DNA of 39,587 bases from Promethearchaeota archaeon (GCA_018238625.1 JABCSY010000031.1:1-39587); one strand, 5' to 3'. Positions 26,402 to 35,957 are shown, counted from the first letter of the stretch. Numbers and translations are program-made. Notes: generated by a model not told the origin, from the sequence alone.

Positions 26402-28312
26402 TTAATAAAACATGGTATCAAGGATTTCTTTTAATCTATGTGGCGGAAATTTTGGTTTTCTATCAAGAGTTAATAAACCATTAATTTCTTGAAATTGATC
26501 GTAAAGCCCAGTATAACAAAATCCATGAATCCATTTTTTTCTTCTATCGAATTCCTCTAAAAGGTTTATAATCTTGGTTAAAAGTTCTTCAGGGGAACTA
26601 AATACCTGATAATAAAAATCTTTTGTTCCTTCCCCGTAATGGTCAAGACCATAACCTCCGATTTCACTATATACAATTGGTTCATCATTATAATGATAAG
26701 GTTCGAGATAATAATCTGGAACTATCTGATCAGGTGATTTTAAACTTTTCTCCTCATCGAAATTTTTTGGTAATAATTTTGTATCTAAATAGAAATGCTT
26801 CGTACAAACATCAGAAATTGTATGCCACCATCCATCGTTGTCTATAATTAATCTTGTTGGATCAATTGATTTTATTAAGAAGTACATAGAAGCGATATAG
26901 TCAACCATTCTTTTGTCTTTATCCGCATTACCTACGCCCCAACTTTCGTTTAAAATAACCCAAGCGATTATTGAAGGATGATTATAATCTCTTTCTATCA
27001 TTTCTATATATTGGTTCATTAATCTGAGTTGGGAATCTTTAGAAAAAACATAGGCATTTCCGGTCTCGCTCCATACTAAAACTCCCATCTTATCGCACCA
27101 ATAGAGAAATCTCGGATCGAATGCTTTTTGGTGTGTTCTTATTCCATTGAATCCGAAATCCTTAATAATCTGAACATCCCGTTTTATTGCGTCATCAGAA
27201 GGGGCAGTATATAAACTTTCTGGCCAATAACCCTGAACTAAGAATAATTTTTGATATATAGGGGAATTATTCAATAGAATTACCTTATTTGCAGTTTTAA
27301 AACCATTAATACTTTCAATCCCTTTAGATATCGAAATTTTTCTCATCCCAAAATATGATTTAACTTTATCGTAGATTTCCCCCGTTTTCTTGTTATAAAT
27401 TGAAATATGGAGGTCATATAGATTAGGGGCGTCAACATCCCACAATTCTAGTTTATCTTTCTGAATACTTATTTTAAGTTGAAATTGATTTGGGTTTTTA
27501 ATAAAACCAAATATTTTTTCGTAAAATCCACCTTTTTCTTTAACAATATTTTTACCTCTTTTCTTTTTACTAATACTACCTAAGAAATTTAATTTCGTTT
27601 CAAATTCAGATATTAAATCGTTTTCAAACTGAATCGAGACTTGAATATAAAGATCATCAAAACCAATCCCAAAAATATCGCATCCAAGATTTATTAAAGA
27701 ATTATCAATGTCAGGCGTAATTTTTACTTTTCTTAAATAGAAATTTAAGTCAACACATTCGACCCACACAGTTTGCCAAATACCTGTAACTCTAGAATAA
27801 AAAATACCCGCATTATCTTTTCTCCAATACTGTTTTCCTCGAGGGATCTCATTATCTGTGCTTGGATCTTCTACACGAATAACTAAATAATTTTCTTTCT
27901 CAACATAATCTGTGATATCAAGCGAAAACCCAATATATCCTCCTTCATGACTCCCTATATACTCTCCATTTAGATAAACTCTACAAAGATAATCTACGGC
28001 CCCGAAATGCAACAGGATTCGCTTTTCTTTGAAATTAGCTGGCAAATTAAGAACTTTTTTATACCAAACAATATCATGAAAATCTTGAATATTAACTCTA
28101 CTCAATTCACTTTGAAAACAAAATGGCACCATAATCTTTTGATCATATTTTTTTGATGCCTGCTTTTTGTACCACCGCTCTTTTAAACCTATATTAAAAT
28201 CATCAAATTTAAAATCCCATTCTCCATTAAGGTTTATCCAATTATCTGCCCTTACAAATTGCGGTCTTGGGTATTCCGGTCTAGGTATATAATCTTCTCC
28301 TAATTTTTCCAT
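26402..28312 (-). CDS. Glycoside hydrolase family 2 (beta-galactosidase/beta-glucuronidase-like)
   Basis: PRPEYPRPQF, LHFGAVDY, HEGGY, GIWQTVW, HPSII.W..LNESWG (acid/base), SEIGG (nucleophile). Confidence 0.92.
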   Translation of the reverse strand: MEKLGEDYIPRPEYPRPQFVRADNWINLNGEWDFKFDDFNIGLKERWYKKQASKKYDQKIMVPFCFQSELSRVNIQDFHDIVWYKKVLNLPANFKEKRILLHFGAVDYLCRVYLNGEYIGSHEGGYIGFSLDITDYVEKENYLVIRVEDPSTDNEIPRGKQYWRKDNAGIFYSRVTGIWQTVWVECVDLNFYLRKVKITPDIDNSLINLGCDIFGIGFDDLYIQVSIQFENDLISEFETKLNFLGSISKKKRGKNIVKEKGGFYEKIFGFIKNPNQFQLKISIQKDKLELWDVDAPNLYDLHISIYNKKTGEIYDKVKSYFGMRKISISKGIESINGFKTANKVILLNNSPIYQKLFLVQGYWPESLYTAPSDDAIKRDVQIIKDFGFNGIRTHQKAFDPRFLYWCDKMGVLVWSETGNAYVFSKDSQLRLMNQYIEMIERDYNHPSIIAWVILNESWGVGNADKDKRMVDYIASMYFLIKSIDPTRLIIDNDGWWHTISDVCTKHFYLDTKLLPKNFDEEKSLKSPDQIVPDYYLEPYHYNDEPIVYSEIGGYGLDHYGEGTKDFYYQVFSSPEELLTKIINLLEEFDRRKKWIHGFCYTGLYDQFQEINGLLTLDRKPKFPPHRLKEILDTMFY

Positions 28313-28398
28313 GAGAAAAAAAGAATTATTATAAATAAAAACTTAACCAAATTTAATATAAATAGAAAAGAAAAAATTAATGAAACTTTTCAAGAAAA

Positions 28399-29442
28399 AT
28401 GAATTCTTTGGAATTGACTTTCTCTGCGATTAAGGGGACTCCCGAGAAGATACCCTTTAACCCATTTATTATGCATCTTGCAGCCAGTTTGAACAATGTC
28501 GATTATAATCGCGAATACTGTCAAAACCCCGAAATTTTGGCTAAAGCCCAAACAAAATGCTCAGATTTTTTTGGAATTGATCATGTGAACGTATCTACAG
28601 ACGCATACCGCGAAGCTAATGCGTGGGGCGTGGAAATAAATTGGAAGAGTCATACTCCTGTAGCAAAAACTTACTTGAAAATTGACGAATTTGACTCACT
28701 TGAATTACCTGATTTAAATTCAAATGTGAGAATAATAAATAGGGTTAACGCTGTCAAGCTATTGAGCGAAAAAGTTGGAGGTGAACAATGCATTATCGGA
28801 TGGATAGAGGCCCCCTTTGCTGAAATTTGCTGTCTATTCGATTTGGTAAATGTTCTGATGTTATGTAAGCATCAAGATTGGGAAAAAAGGATAAGAGATC
28901 TCATAAATCGAATACTACCAATACAAAAAGAGTTTGCTAAAATGCAGATCGAAGTTGGAGCGGATATTATTGGTGCTGGTGATTCCGCGATATCTCAAAT
29001 TGGTCCAATGCGGTATGAAAAATGCTGTTTAAAGGCAACAAAAGAACTATTTGATGATATTCAGAGTAAAGTTCCGGTGCTATATCATGTTTGTGGCGAT
29101 AATTCGGTGATAGATAAGGAAGGGAGAGACATGCTTAAGTTAATATCAAACACAAACGCGGCAATTTTAGATTTAGATTATCAAGTAGACTTAAAATTAG
29201 CTAAAGAGAAGATCGGGACAAATAATTGTATTAGAGGAAATACTAATACACAGATATTGGGAAGTACCACTTATTCAATTAGCGATGTTATTAGCGAAGT
29301 GGAAAAAACAATCGAATTAGGAAAACCAGGTGGGATGTTTATGTATGCTGCAGGATGCGAGTGGCCTTGGGAACCGTTTACTATGGCAAGCAGAAATTTA
29401 GGAATTGCAAAAACCTTAGTAGAGAAATTTGGAAAATATTAA
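28399..29442 (+). CDS. Uroporphyrinogen decarboxylase / MtaA-CmuA methylcobamide methyltransferase family protein
   Basis: EANAWG, EAPF, Q.EVGAD, Zn ligands HVCG and GCE. Confidence 0.85.
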   Translation: MNSLELTFSAIKGTPEKIPFNPFIMHLAASLNNVDYNREYCQNPEILAKAQTKCSDFFGIDHVNVSTDAYREANAWGVEINWKSHTPVAKTYLKIDEFDSLELPDLNSNVRIINRVNAVKLLSEKVGGEQCIIGWIEAPFAEICCLFDLVNVLMLCKHQDWEKRIRDLINRILPIQKEFAKMQIEVGADIIGAGDSAISQIGPMRYEKCCLKATKELFDDIQSKVPVLYHVCGDNSVIDKEGRDMLKLISNTNAAILDLDYQVDLKLAKEKIGTNNCIRGNTNTQILGSTTYSISDVISEVEKTIELGKPGGMFMYAAGCEWPWEPFTMASRNLGIAKTLVEKFGKY

Positions 29443-29517
29443 TATTGAACTTTTGAGTTAATTTTATAAAGATTTAAGTTAATTTCTTTAAATATTAAAG
29501 AAGTAAAATGATAAGAT

Positions 29518-30480
29518 ATGAAAATTGATATTGAAGTTTTAAAAAAGTTAGAGAAGTCAATTGATACTTCAGATCCAGAAAAAGGAGAAGTGCCGATAAA
29601 GATTTTAGGTTACGGTGAAATAAGCCTCGTTTTTGAGCTTTTAAATAGCCCAGAGCAAATAGCTTATAAAAGGATTCCGATTTTTGATAACGAAACGCAA
29701 GTTGAAAGACATATTTGGGCATATAACGAGTACAATAGACTCTTAAAAGAAGATGTGGGGCTAAATATGCCTGAGTACGATGTAGCATGGTTTAAAGACG
29801 AAGAGGGTAAGATTCAATTTTATTGCGTTCAAGAAAAATTCCCCGCAGAATCAGTAGGGAATAAAGTAATTCATCAATTGAGCGAGCAAGACATTAAAAC
29901 TTTAATTCTACTTGTAATGAGAGAAATGAAGAAAGTGTGGGATTACGCTAAAAACCATAATACTATAGATTTAGGATTAGATGGTCAAATATCTAACTTT
30001 GCCATTATTGGTTTCGATCCCAACAATCCAAAAATTGATCTTAATACAAAATTAATGTATTTCGATACAAGTACGCCAATGTTTAGGGTTAATGGTAACG
30101 AAGCTATGGAAGCGGTCCTATTTTTAAAAAGCGCCCCTTCATTTCTTAGGTGGTTATTAAAAGCTTTATTTCTTGAAGAAACTGTCGGGAGATATTACGA
30201 CTGGAGGAAGGTTACAATTGATCTAGTCGCAAATTTCTTTAAGGAACAAAAACCCGAACTTGTCCCTGAATTAATTAACCTTGTCAATAAATTCTTCGAA
30301 GAAGAAGCAAATGATTTCGATATAGAACCGTTATCATTAGAAGAAATTAAAAAATATTACAAGAGCGACAGTAGTATGTGGGTTCTTTTTCAAAGTGTGA
30401 GACGCTTTGATAGATTTCTTAAAACTAAAGTCTTTAAGAAAAAGTATGATTTCTACCTTCCCGGCAAAATTGAAAGGTAG
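29518..30480 (+). CDS. DUF6206-like protein with probable protein-kinase-like fold
   Basis: LGYGEISLV, AYKRIP, GLDGQISNF, YFDTSTP. Confidence 0.7.
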   Translation: MKIDIEVLKKLEKSIDTSDPEKGEVPIKILGYGEISLVFELLNSPEQIAYKRIPIFDNETQVERHIWAYNEYNRLLKEDVGLNMPEYDVAWFKDEEGKIQFYCVQEKFPAESVGNKVIHQLSEQDIKTLILLVMREMKKVWDYAKNHNTIDLGLDGQISNFAIIGFDPNNPKIDLNTKLMYFDTSTPMFRVNGNEAMEAVLFLKSAPSFLRWLLKALFLEETVGRYYDWRKVTIDLVANFFKEQKPELVPELINLVNKFFEEEANDFDIEPLSLEEIKKYYKSDSSMWVLFQSVRRFDRFLKTKVFKKKYDFYLPGKIER

Positions 30481-30524
30481 ACCGTCAAAAATCTTGTAAT
30501 ATTAAAGATAATTTGGATGTAATC

Positions 30525-31097
30525 ATGGTTAGAGCATTTATAGCGATCGAATTAAAAGATAATAATACGATCGAGAAAATTCAGGCTTTCTCATCTCGAT
30601 TAAAAAAAAATCAGCTTAAACTTAAAGTAGTAGAACCAGAAAACCTCCACATGACCGTAAAGTTTTTGGGAAACATTTCTGAATCCGTGGCACCAAAAAT
30701 TTATGAAATTTTGAAAGAAGACGTAAACAAAAGCATGTTTCAAGGAAAAACCATAGAATATAGTCTTAGAGGGGTAGGTCAATTTAACAAATTCTCTGTT
30801 TTATGGGTAAAACTTATTGGAGATGTTCAATTTTTACAACAAATTAAAAATACAACTGAAATGCTCTTATTTGAGCGATTAAAAATTCAAAAAGATAAGC
30901 GAACTGGATTCAAACCGCATCTTACGATAGGAAGATTGAGAAGGGATAAAGTAGATTATAAAACTTTTGATGTACTAAAAAAACTAATTAACGAGAATAA
31001 AAATTTAGAATTTGGACCTTTCAATATAAACCAAGTAAAACTAAAACAGTCTGTTTTAACGCCTACAGGGCCTATATATTCCGATTTGGTATTTTAG
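30525..31097 (+). CDS. thpR: RNA 2',3'-cyclic phosphodiesterase (2H phosphoesterase, LigT family)
   Basis: RAFIAIEL, two HxT motifs (LHMTVKFLG, PHLTIGR), SVLTPTGPIY; ATG at 30525. Confidence 0.93.
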   Translation: MVRAFIAIELKDNNTIEKIQAFSSRLKKNQLKLKVVEPENLHMTVKFLGNISESVAPKIYEILKEDVNKSMFQGKTIEYSLRGVGQFNKFSVLWVKLIGDVQFLQQIKNTTEMLLFERLKIQKDKRTGFKPHLTIGRLRRDKVDYKTFDVLKKLINENKNLEFGPFNINQVKLKQSVLTPTGPIYSDLVF

Positions 31098-31793
31098 ATG
31101 AACGAAAAACCTATTAAAGCAATTATATGGGACTTAGACGGTACTTTAATAGATTTTAAAATTAACTCGGTTAAAGCTCGAAGGAAGGCTATTAAAGTAT
31201 TAAGGGACTATGGGATTCCAAAGGATAACCTCTCTATTGAAATGCCTATTTTAGAAAATGTTAAAATCTCCAGAGTAATATTTAATGAGTTAGGGCTTTC
31301 TTCCGAAAAAATTAAAGAAATTATTAAAGAAGTGAATAACGCCGTAATTCTAGTCGAACACGAAGCAGCCATTAAAGCGACTTTAACTCAGGGTATAGAC
31401 CAGGTTTTAGAGTTTGCAAAAAAGAAAAGACTTAAACAAGCTGTTTTTACCTATAATACTCATAACAACGCAAGAATCTCACTGGAAACAGCCGGTATCT
31501 TTCACTACTTTAAAGTCATAGTAGGTCGCGACGATACTAAAAATCTTAAACCGCACCCGGATCATTTAAAACACATATGTGAGAAAATAGATGTAAAACC
31601 TGATCAAATTGTTGTTATAGGGGATACTGGGCGAGATATTGAAGCAGCGATTAACATAGGATCGCGTTCTATCGCTTTAAACACTAAAATTCCAAATTAC
31701 TTGAAAAGAGAATTTTTCAAGAAAGCTAATAAAATTATTGAACCTAAAGAAATTCCATCTAAATTAATTGAAACTCTTGAAAAATTTTTATAA
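31098..31793 (+). CDS. HAD-superfamily hydrolase (phosphoglycolate phosphatase-like)
   Basis: WDLDGTL, KPHPD, IGDTGRDI; starts immediately after the thpR stop. Confidence 0.92.
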   Translation: MNEKPIKAIIWDLDGTLIDFKINSVKARRKAIKVLRDYGIPKDNLSIEMPILENVKISRVIFNELGLSSEKIKEIIKEVNNAVILVEHEAAIKATLTQGIDQVLEFAKKKRLKQAVFTYNTHNNARISLETAGIFHYFKVIVGRDDTKNLKPHPDHLKHICEKIDVKPDQIVVIGDTGRDIEAAINIGSRSIALNTKIPNYLKREFFKKANKIIEPKEIPSKLIETLEKFL

Positions 31794-32151
31794 ACTAAAA
31801 ATTATTATAACCAATAATTAAACAATTGAAAAAGAGGTATCAAATATGAAAGAATATAGAATTGAAATTTTTAAAGGATCTTTAACCACTGGTAAATTTA
31901 AAAATAAGTTAGAGGAACAATTAAATAAAATAGCTGCAGAAGGCTGGGATTTATTGTTAATAGAGAGTAATTTTCAAGTTTGGGTAAGAGAAAAATAAGA
32001 GAAACAATATTACAAGATTTATCGAATAGAACGAGCAATTAAACATGTTACTAAATACGATTGCTATACCCATCGTATCATTTTCTTTTTCATCGAACTA
32101 GAAGAAATTCCATCTAAATTAATTGAAACCCTTGAACAATTTTTATAAACT
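31747..32151 (+). repeat. Direct repeat pair (31747-31796 and 32102-32151, 48/50 identical) duplicating the HAD gene 3' end
   Basis: aagaaattccatctaaattaattgaaac(t/c)cttgaa(a/c)aatttttataaact; weaker similarity extends about 10 nt further upstream. Confidence 0.92.
31846..31998 (+). CDS. DUF4177-like small protein (50 aa)
   Basis: Not in the track. MKEYRIEIFKGSLTTGKFKNKLEEQLNKIAAEGWDLLLIESNFQVWVREK; EY...LN..G/A.EGW.L is the DUF4177 pattern; GAGGT SD. Confidence 0.8.
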   Translation: MKEYRIEIFKGSLTTGKFKNKLEEQLNKIAAEGWDLLLIESNFQVWVREK

Positions 32152-32227
32152 TTAATAAAAATAAATTATAAATACAAATTAATCAATTATTGAAATAATT
32201 TTAATTAGATATTTAATTTATTAAATC

Positions 32228-32479
32228 ATGAATATTACTTTCAAATTAGATGTTTTGAAACCACACAGTCCCGATAACGAACTAATCGGCCGCACTTTAA
32301 TGGAAACTAAGGGCGTTACATATGTACAGATTAAGACAGACGAGATAGACCAAAAAACAACCTCAATTTTTCTAACCGTAAAAGGTACGGAAGACCTTAC
32401 ATTGGATTCAATAAAGGACATTTTAGAAAGCATGAACTGTGCTTTGCATTCGGTTGATGAAGTTATTATTGAAAAATAA
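32228..32479 (+). CDS. DUF211 family protein
   Basis: LDVLKPH, EIDQKT, ALHSVDEV. Confidence 0.85.
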   Translation: MNITFKLDVLKPHSPDNELIGRTLMETKGVTYVQIKTDEIDQKTTSIFLTVKGTEDLTLDSIKDILESMNCALHSVDEVIIEK

Positions 32480-32561
32480 ATTTTTTTTATTAAAATAAAA
32501 TCCATAAGGTGAATTTTATCCCTTTAAATTTCTGTTTAAATGATATAGTTTAAATATAAAA

Positions 32562-32924
32562 ATGTCATCGCAAAACCCTCCAAATGTGGTAAAAATTCTC
32601 CAGGAGCAAGGAGAGATTAACGACGAATTAGACTACGCAATAATGAGTTATTTGATTAAAAATAGAGGAGCGGGGTATACTGCTTGTCAACCGCAGCTTG
32701 TTGAATTAGAGGGCAATAAAAAAGCGATTAAAATGAATCTTGATAGTACTTTTATCGATAAAGATAATCAATTGATGGGATTGGGGATTGTTGGCTTCTT
32801 ATTTATAGATTTAGACGATCTACAAGTTATTTACAGCACTTCTTTAGAAGATTTAGTAAAAAACATTGAGAAATTAAAGAACGCAGGAGTTCAACCCCAA
32901 ACTAGACCAAAAGGTAAATATTAA
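32562..32924 (+). CDS. Hypothetical protein (120 aa)
   Basis: ATG-started ORF with globular composition; no recognised motif. Confidence 0.7.
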   Translation: MSSQNPPNVVKILQEQGEINDELDYAIMSYLIKNRGAGYTACQPQLVELEGNKKAIKMNLDSTFIDKDNQLMGLGIVGFLFIDLDDLQVIYSTSLEDLVKNIEKLKNAGVQPQTRPKGKY

Positions 32925-32980
32925 CCTAATTTGGTAATTTTTCATCTACTTTTTATACGATCATTATTTTTGCACTTTCT

Positions 32981-33088
32981 TTACTTACAACGATTATGTC
33001 CACACTCACCATTTCTTTGAATTGAGGGGATAAATAATTTATTAAACACATTTTCTAAATCACAACCACACCTATAGCTCTTCTCCAT
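32981..33088 (-). CDS. Putative Cys-rich microprotein (35 aa)
   Basis: MEKSYRCGCDLENVFNKLFIPSIQRNGECGHNRCK*; TATA-like TTTATACA about 30 nt upstream; less AT-rich than the flanking spacers. Confidence 0.35.
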   Translation of the reverse strand: MEKSYRCGCDLENVFNKLFIPSIQRNGECGHNRCK

Positions 33089-33155
33089 TTTATGATGTTC
33101 TTATACCCTTTTGTATAAACATAAGCTTAAATTACTGTAATTTTACTACTAAACT

Positions 33156-33647
33156 ATGAAACAAGAGGTTCTCTTTAAGTCTAAGATAAAAAATGAATAT
33201 GGAATCACTTTAACGGATAATGATTACGCCGAATATAAAAAAATAGTAAATAAATCGATTCGTTCAAGCCTCATTGGCGTGTTAATTGGTGTTGCCATAT
33301 TATTATTTATTGTAGTTGGGTTATTATTGGAAGAATTACCCTTTAATGAAATGACATTCATCCCATTAGGCATAGTTGCGTGTATGATAATAACGGGTGC
33401 GAACTCTTTAACCAAGAAAACCAATCAAGCAGAACAAGATTTCATCGAATCTCTTAAAACCAAAAACGGTTTTACTACTCCGAATATTCCCATTTCAACC
33501 GCACACAATCAAAATTCGAAACCTATTGCTTTGCAAAGCGTCTCAAATCAACCTAAACCTGCAGAAAATTGTCCTATTTGCCATCAATTAATACCTGTTA
33601 ATTCAAATCCTTGTCCTAAATGCGGATCTAAATTACTCTGGGATTAG
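33156..33647 (+). CDS. Membrane protein (2 TM) with C-terminal Zn ribbon
   Basis: Two hydrophobic helices, a Pro/Gln/Asn linker, CPICHQ..CPKCG. Confidence 0.8.
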   Translation: MKQEVLFKSKIKNEYGITLTDNDYAEYKKIVNKSIRSSLIGVLIGVAILLFIVVGLLLEELPFNEMTFIPLGIVACMIITGANSLTKKTNQAEQDFIESLKTKNGFTTPNIPISTAHNQNSKPIALQSVSNQPKPAENCPICHQLIPVNSNPCPKCGSKLLWD

Positions 33648-33795
33648 AGCCATTAGATTATTGTCTAAATCCTGATTGTTAGTCGATATATTTATACTTA
33701 TTAGTAATAATTTCAAGATTTAAGTAATCATCAGATAATTAATCCATCCCTTAAAAATTGTATGTTTTATATCGAATCAAAGATTACATATAATA

Positions 33796-34326
33796 ATGAC
33801 TGATAACGAGAGTAATATAAAACATCTAATCCAAGAATACCTATTAGATGAAGGTCTTTTAAGAAAAAAAATTCCAATTGATGATAAGAAACTTGAATTT
33901 GGCTTTCAATTTGTATTCCCGCCTAGTCCTATAGCACAAAAAATGGTCGTTTTAAAACCTAAAAGTAAAGATTTAATTATAATTTCTAACCCAATTCAAA
34001 TAGCCCCTCAACAAGTAGATGCCTTGAACGCTTTAGAAGATAACAAAAAATTACAATTTTTCATGGATTTGAGAAAATTTTTTCTAATTCGAGATGTTTT
34101 TTTCAGGATCGATACTCAGAAATTTCGCTACGAAATTAGCGATCAAATTTTCCTTAAAAAAGATGGCACTATTTCAAAAAACTCTTTTTTTAAAAGCGTA
34201 CGTAAGGTATTTACTTGTGCAGCTTATTCAAACATGATTTTAACTGAATATTGTATGGGTAAAATCAAACCCGGAGATTATTCTAAATCTAAAGATTTTA
34301 CTTCAGATTTCTCTATATATTCGTAA
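33796..34326 (+). CDS. DUF2299-like protein
   Basis: IQEYLLDEG...V.KPK.KD...DQIF...GTISKNSFF resembles archaeal DUF2299. Confidence 0.65.
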   Translation: MTDNESNIKHLIQEYLLDEGLLRKKIPIDDKKLEFGFQFVFPPSPIAQKMVVLKPKSKDLIIISNPIQIAPQQVDALNALEDNKKLQFFMDLRKFFLIRDVFFRIDTQKFRYEISDQIFLKKDGTISKNSFFKSVRKVFTCAAYSNMILTEYCMGKIKPGDYSKSKDFTSDFSIYS

Positions 34327-34355
34327 CAATTAATTTGATGAGCAGGTGAAATGTA

Positions 34356-34877
34356 ATTTTCGAAAAATGGCTACAAGCGTTAGGAAAATTAGATTATGTT
34401 CAAGGAAAAACAAAACCTGACGTTGATTGTATTTTATGCTCTATCAGAAGGAATGACGAAAGAGTAGTTTTATTAAAAATTTACGAAGATGATATTTGCT
34501 TTGTTGTGTTAAACTTATATCCCTTTAATCCCGGACATCTCATGTGCGTGCCCAATCGGCACATCACAAAATTTACTGAATTAACTAAAGGGGAACTATT
34601 ACATTTAAATAGAACGATTCAAGGCTTACAACTATTACTTGATGAATTATACAATCCAAGGGGGTATAATATTGGAATTAACCAAGGAAAAGACGCAGGA
34701 GCGAGTATAGAACACTTGCATTTCCATTTAGTTCCAAGATATGGCTCCGAATTAGGATATATTGATATTTTTAGCAAAACTCGAATTGTTCCTGAAGGAT
34801 TGGATTCCGTAAGGAAAAAATTAAAGGATAATATCGATAAATTTCTTAATAAGGAATTTTTTGAGAAGTTTGAATAA
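34356..34877 (+). CDS. HIT-family nucleotide hydrolase/transferase (Fhit / Ap4A phosphorylase-like); probable non-canonical ATT start
   Basis: HLHFHLVPR, LNLYPFNPGH, GYNIGINQG. The frame is open upstream of the track start (34506) through the CxxC (DCILC) to TGA 34347; ATT 34356 lies 6 nt after AGGTGA. Confidence 0.85.
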   Translation: MFEKWLQALGKLDYVQGKTKPDVDCILCSIRRNDERVVLLKIYEDDICFVVLNLYPFNPGHLMCVPNRHITKFTELTKGELLHLNRTIQGLQLLLDELYNPRGYNIGINQGKDAGASIEHLHFHLVPRYGSELGYIDIFSKTRIVPEGLDSVRKKLKDNIDKFLNKEFFEKFE

Positions 34878-35021
34878 TTCTAAAAACAAAAAGATATCTT
34901 TCTTTTTTAATCCTTGATTTTAAGATATTTGTCTCTTAATAAAATTAATTAAATAGTTGATATCAATAGAAATATTAAATTTAACTGATTTAACAATATT
35001 AGAATAAACGAAACATTAACG

Positions 35022-35957
35022 TTGAATGAAAAAAGCTTGAGCCAAAAATCATTGCAAAATTTTTTAGGAAAAGACGATAAAAAAATTCAATATCTTGATG
35101 TTAAAAAAAAGCAAAATAGACGTAAGAAAACTATCGTAGATGTGCCTAAACCCTTTTTAAAATGGGCCGGCGGTAAAAGACAGTTAATTTCTCAAATTGA
35201 TGAATATCTCCCAAATGATTTTAATAAATATATTGAACCCTTTATCGGAGGAGGGGCATTATTTTTTTATATCTTGCCGAAAAAAGCAATTTTAATAGAT
35301 ATTAATAAAGAATTAATTAATGCTTATAATACAATAAAAAACAATGTTCCTGAACTCGTAAAATCCCTTAAAAACCACAAAAATGAAAAAGATTATTATT
35401 ACGAAGTACGGAGTAAGGATAGAAATCCCGAAGAATATAATAAATTAACAGATGTTGACAAGGCTTCAAGAACTATATATTTGAATCGCTGTTGTTTTAA
35501 TGGATTGTATAGAGTAAATAGCAAAGGACAGTTTAACGTGCCTTTTGGAAAGTATACGAACCCTAAATTCTGCGACGAGATAAATTTATATGCAGTTTAT
35601 AAAGCACTCAAAAATGTTTTATTAATAAACGACTCATTTGAAAAATGTTTAGATTTTGCGGAAAAAGATGATTTCATTTATTTTGACCCCCCTTACGTTC
35701 CAATATCGAGTTCTGCTAATTTTACCAGTTATACTAAAGGTAGTTTTGGTAAAGAAGACCAAATCAGGCTTTTTAACGTATTTAAAAATTTAGATGAGCA
35801 AGGTTGTAAAGTAATGCTGAGTAATTCTTATTCTGATTTTATTTTAGATTTATACAAAGATTATCAAATAAATGTCCTTTACGCTAAAAGAGCTATAAAT
35901 AGCGATGGAAGTAAAAGAGGAAAGATAAAGGAAGTATTGATAACCAACTCGTTTTAA
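35022..35957 (+). CDS. dam: Dam/DpnM-family (D12 class) DNA N6-adenine methyltransferase, orphan
   Basis: KPFLKWAGGK, YIEPFIGGGA, FNGLYRVN, DPPY, MLSNS; no endonuclease gene adjacent. Confidence 0.92.
   Translation: MNEKSLSQKSLQNFLGKDDKKIQYLDVKKKQNRRKKTIVDVPKPFLKWAGGKRQLISQIDEYLPNDFNKYIEPFIGGGALFFYILPKKAILIDINKELINAYNTIKNNVPELVKSLKNHKNEKDYYYEVRSKDRNPEEYNKLTDVDKASRTIYLNRCCFNGLYRVNSKGQFNVPFGKYTNPKFCDEINLYAVYKALKNVLLINDSFEKCLDFAEKDDFIYFDPPYVPISSSANFTSYTKGSFGKEDQIRLFNVFKNLDEQGCKVMLSNSYSDFILDLYKDYQINVLYAKRAINSDGSKRGKIKEVLITNSF

Noticed and set aside
34338-34349. Selenocysteine readthrough of the in-frame TGA (ATG AGC AGG TGA) into the HIT gene
   Set aside because: The TGA is part of a perfect AGGTGA SD, lies outside any conserved Cys position, and I see no convincing SECIS-like hairpin nearby. 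A non-canonical start is simpler.
35022-35957. Type II restriction-modification system
   Set aside because: The neighbours are a HIT gene and a histone; no endonuclease candidate is present.
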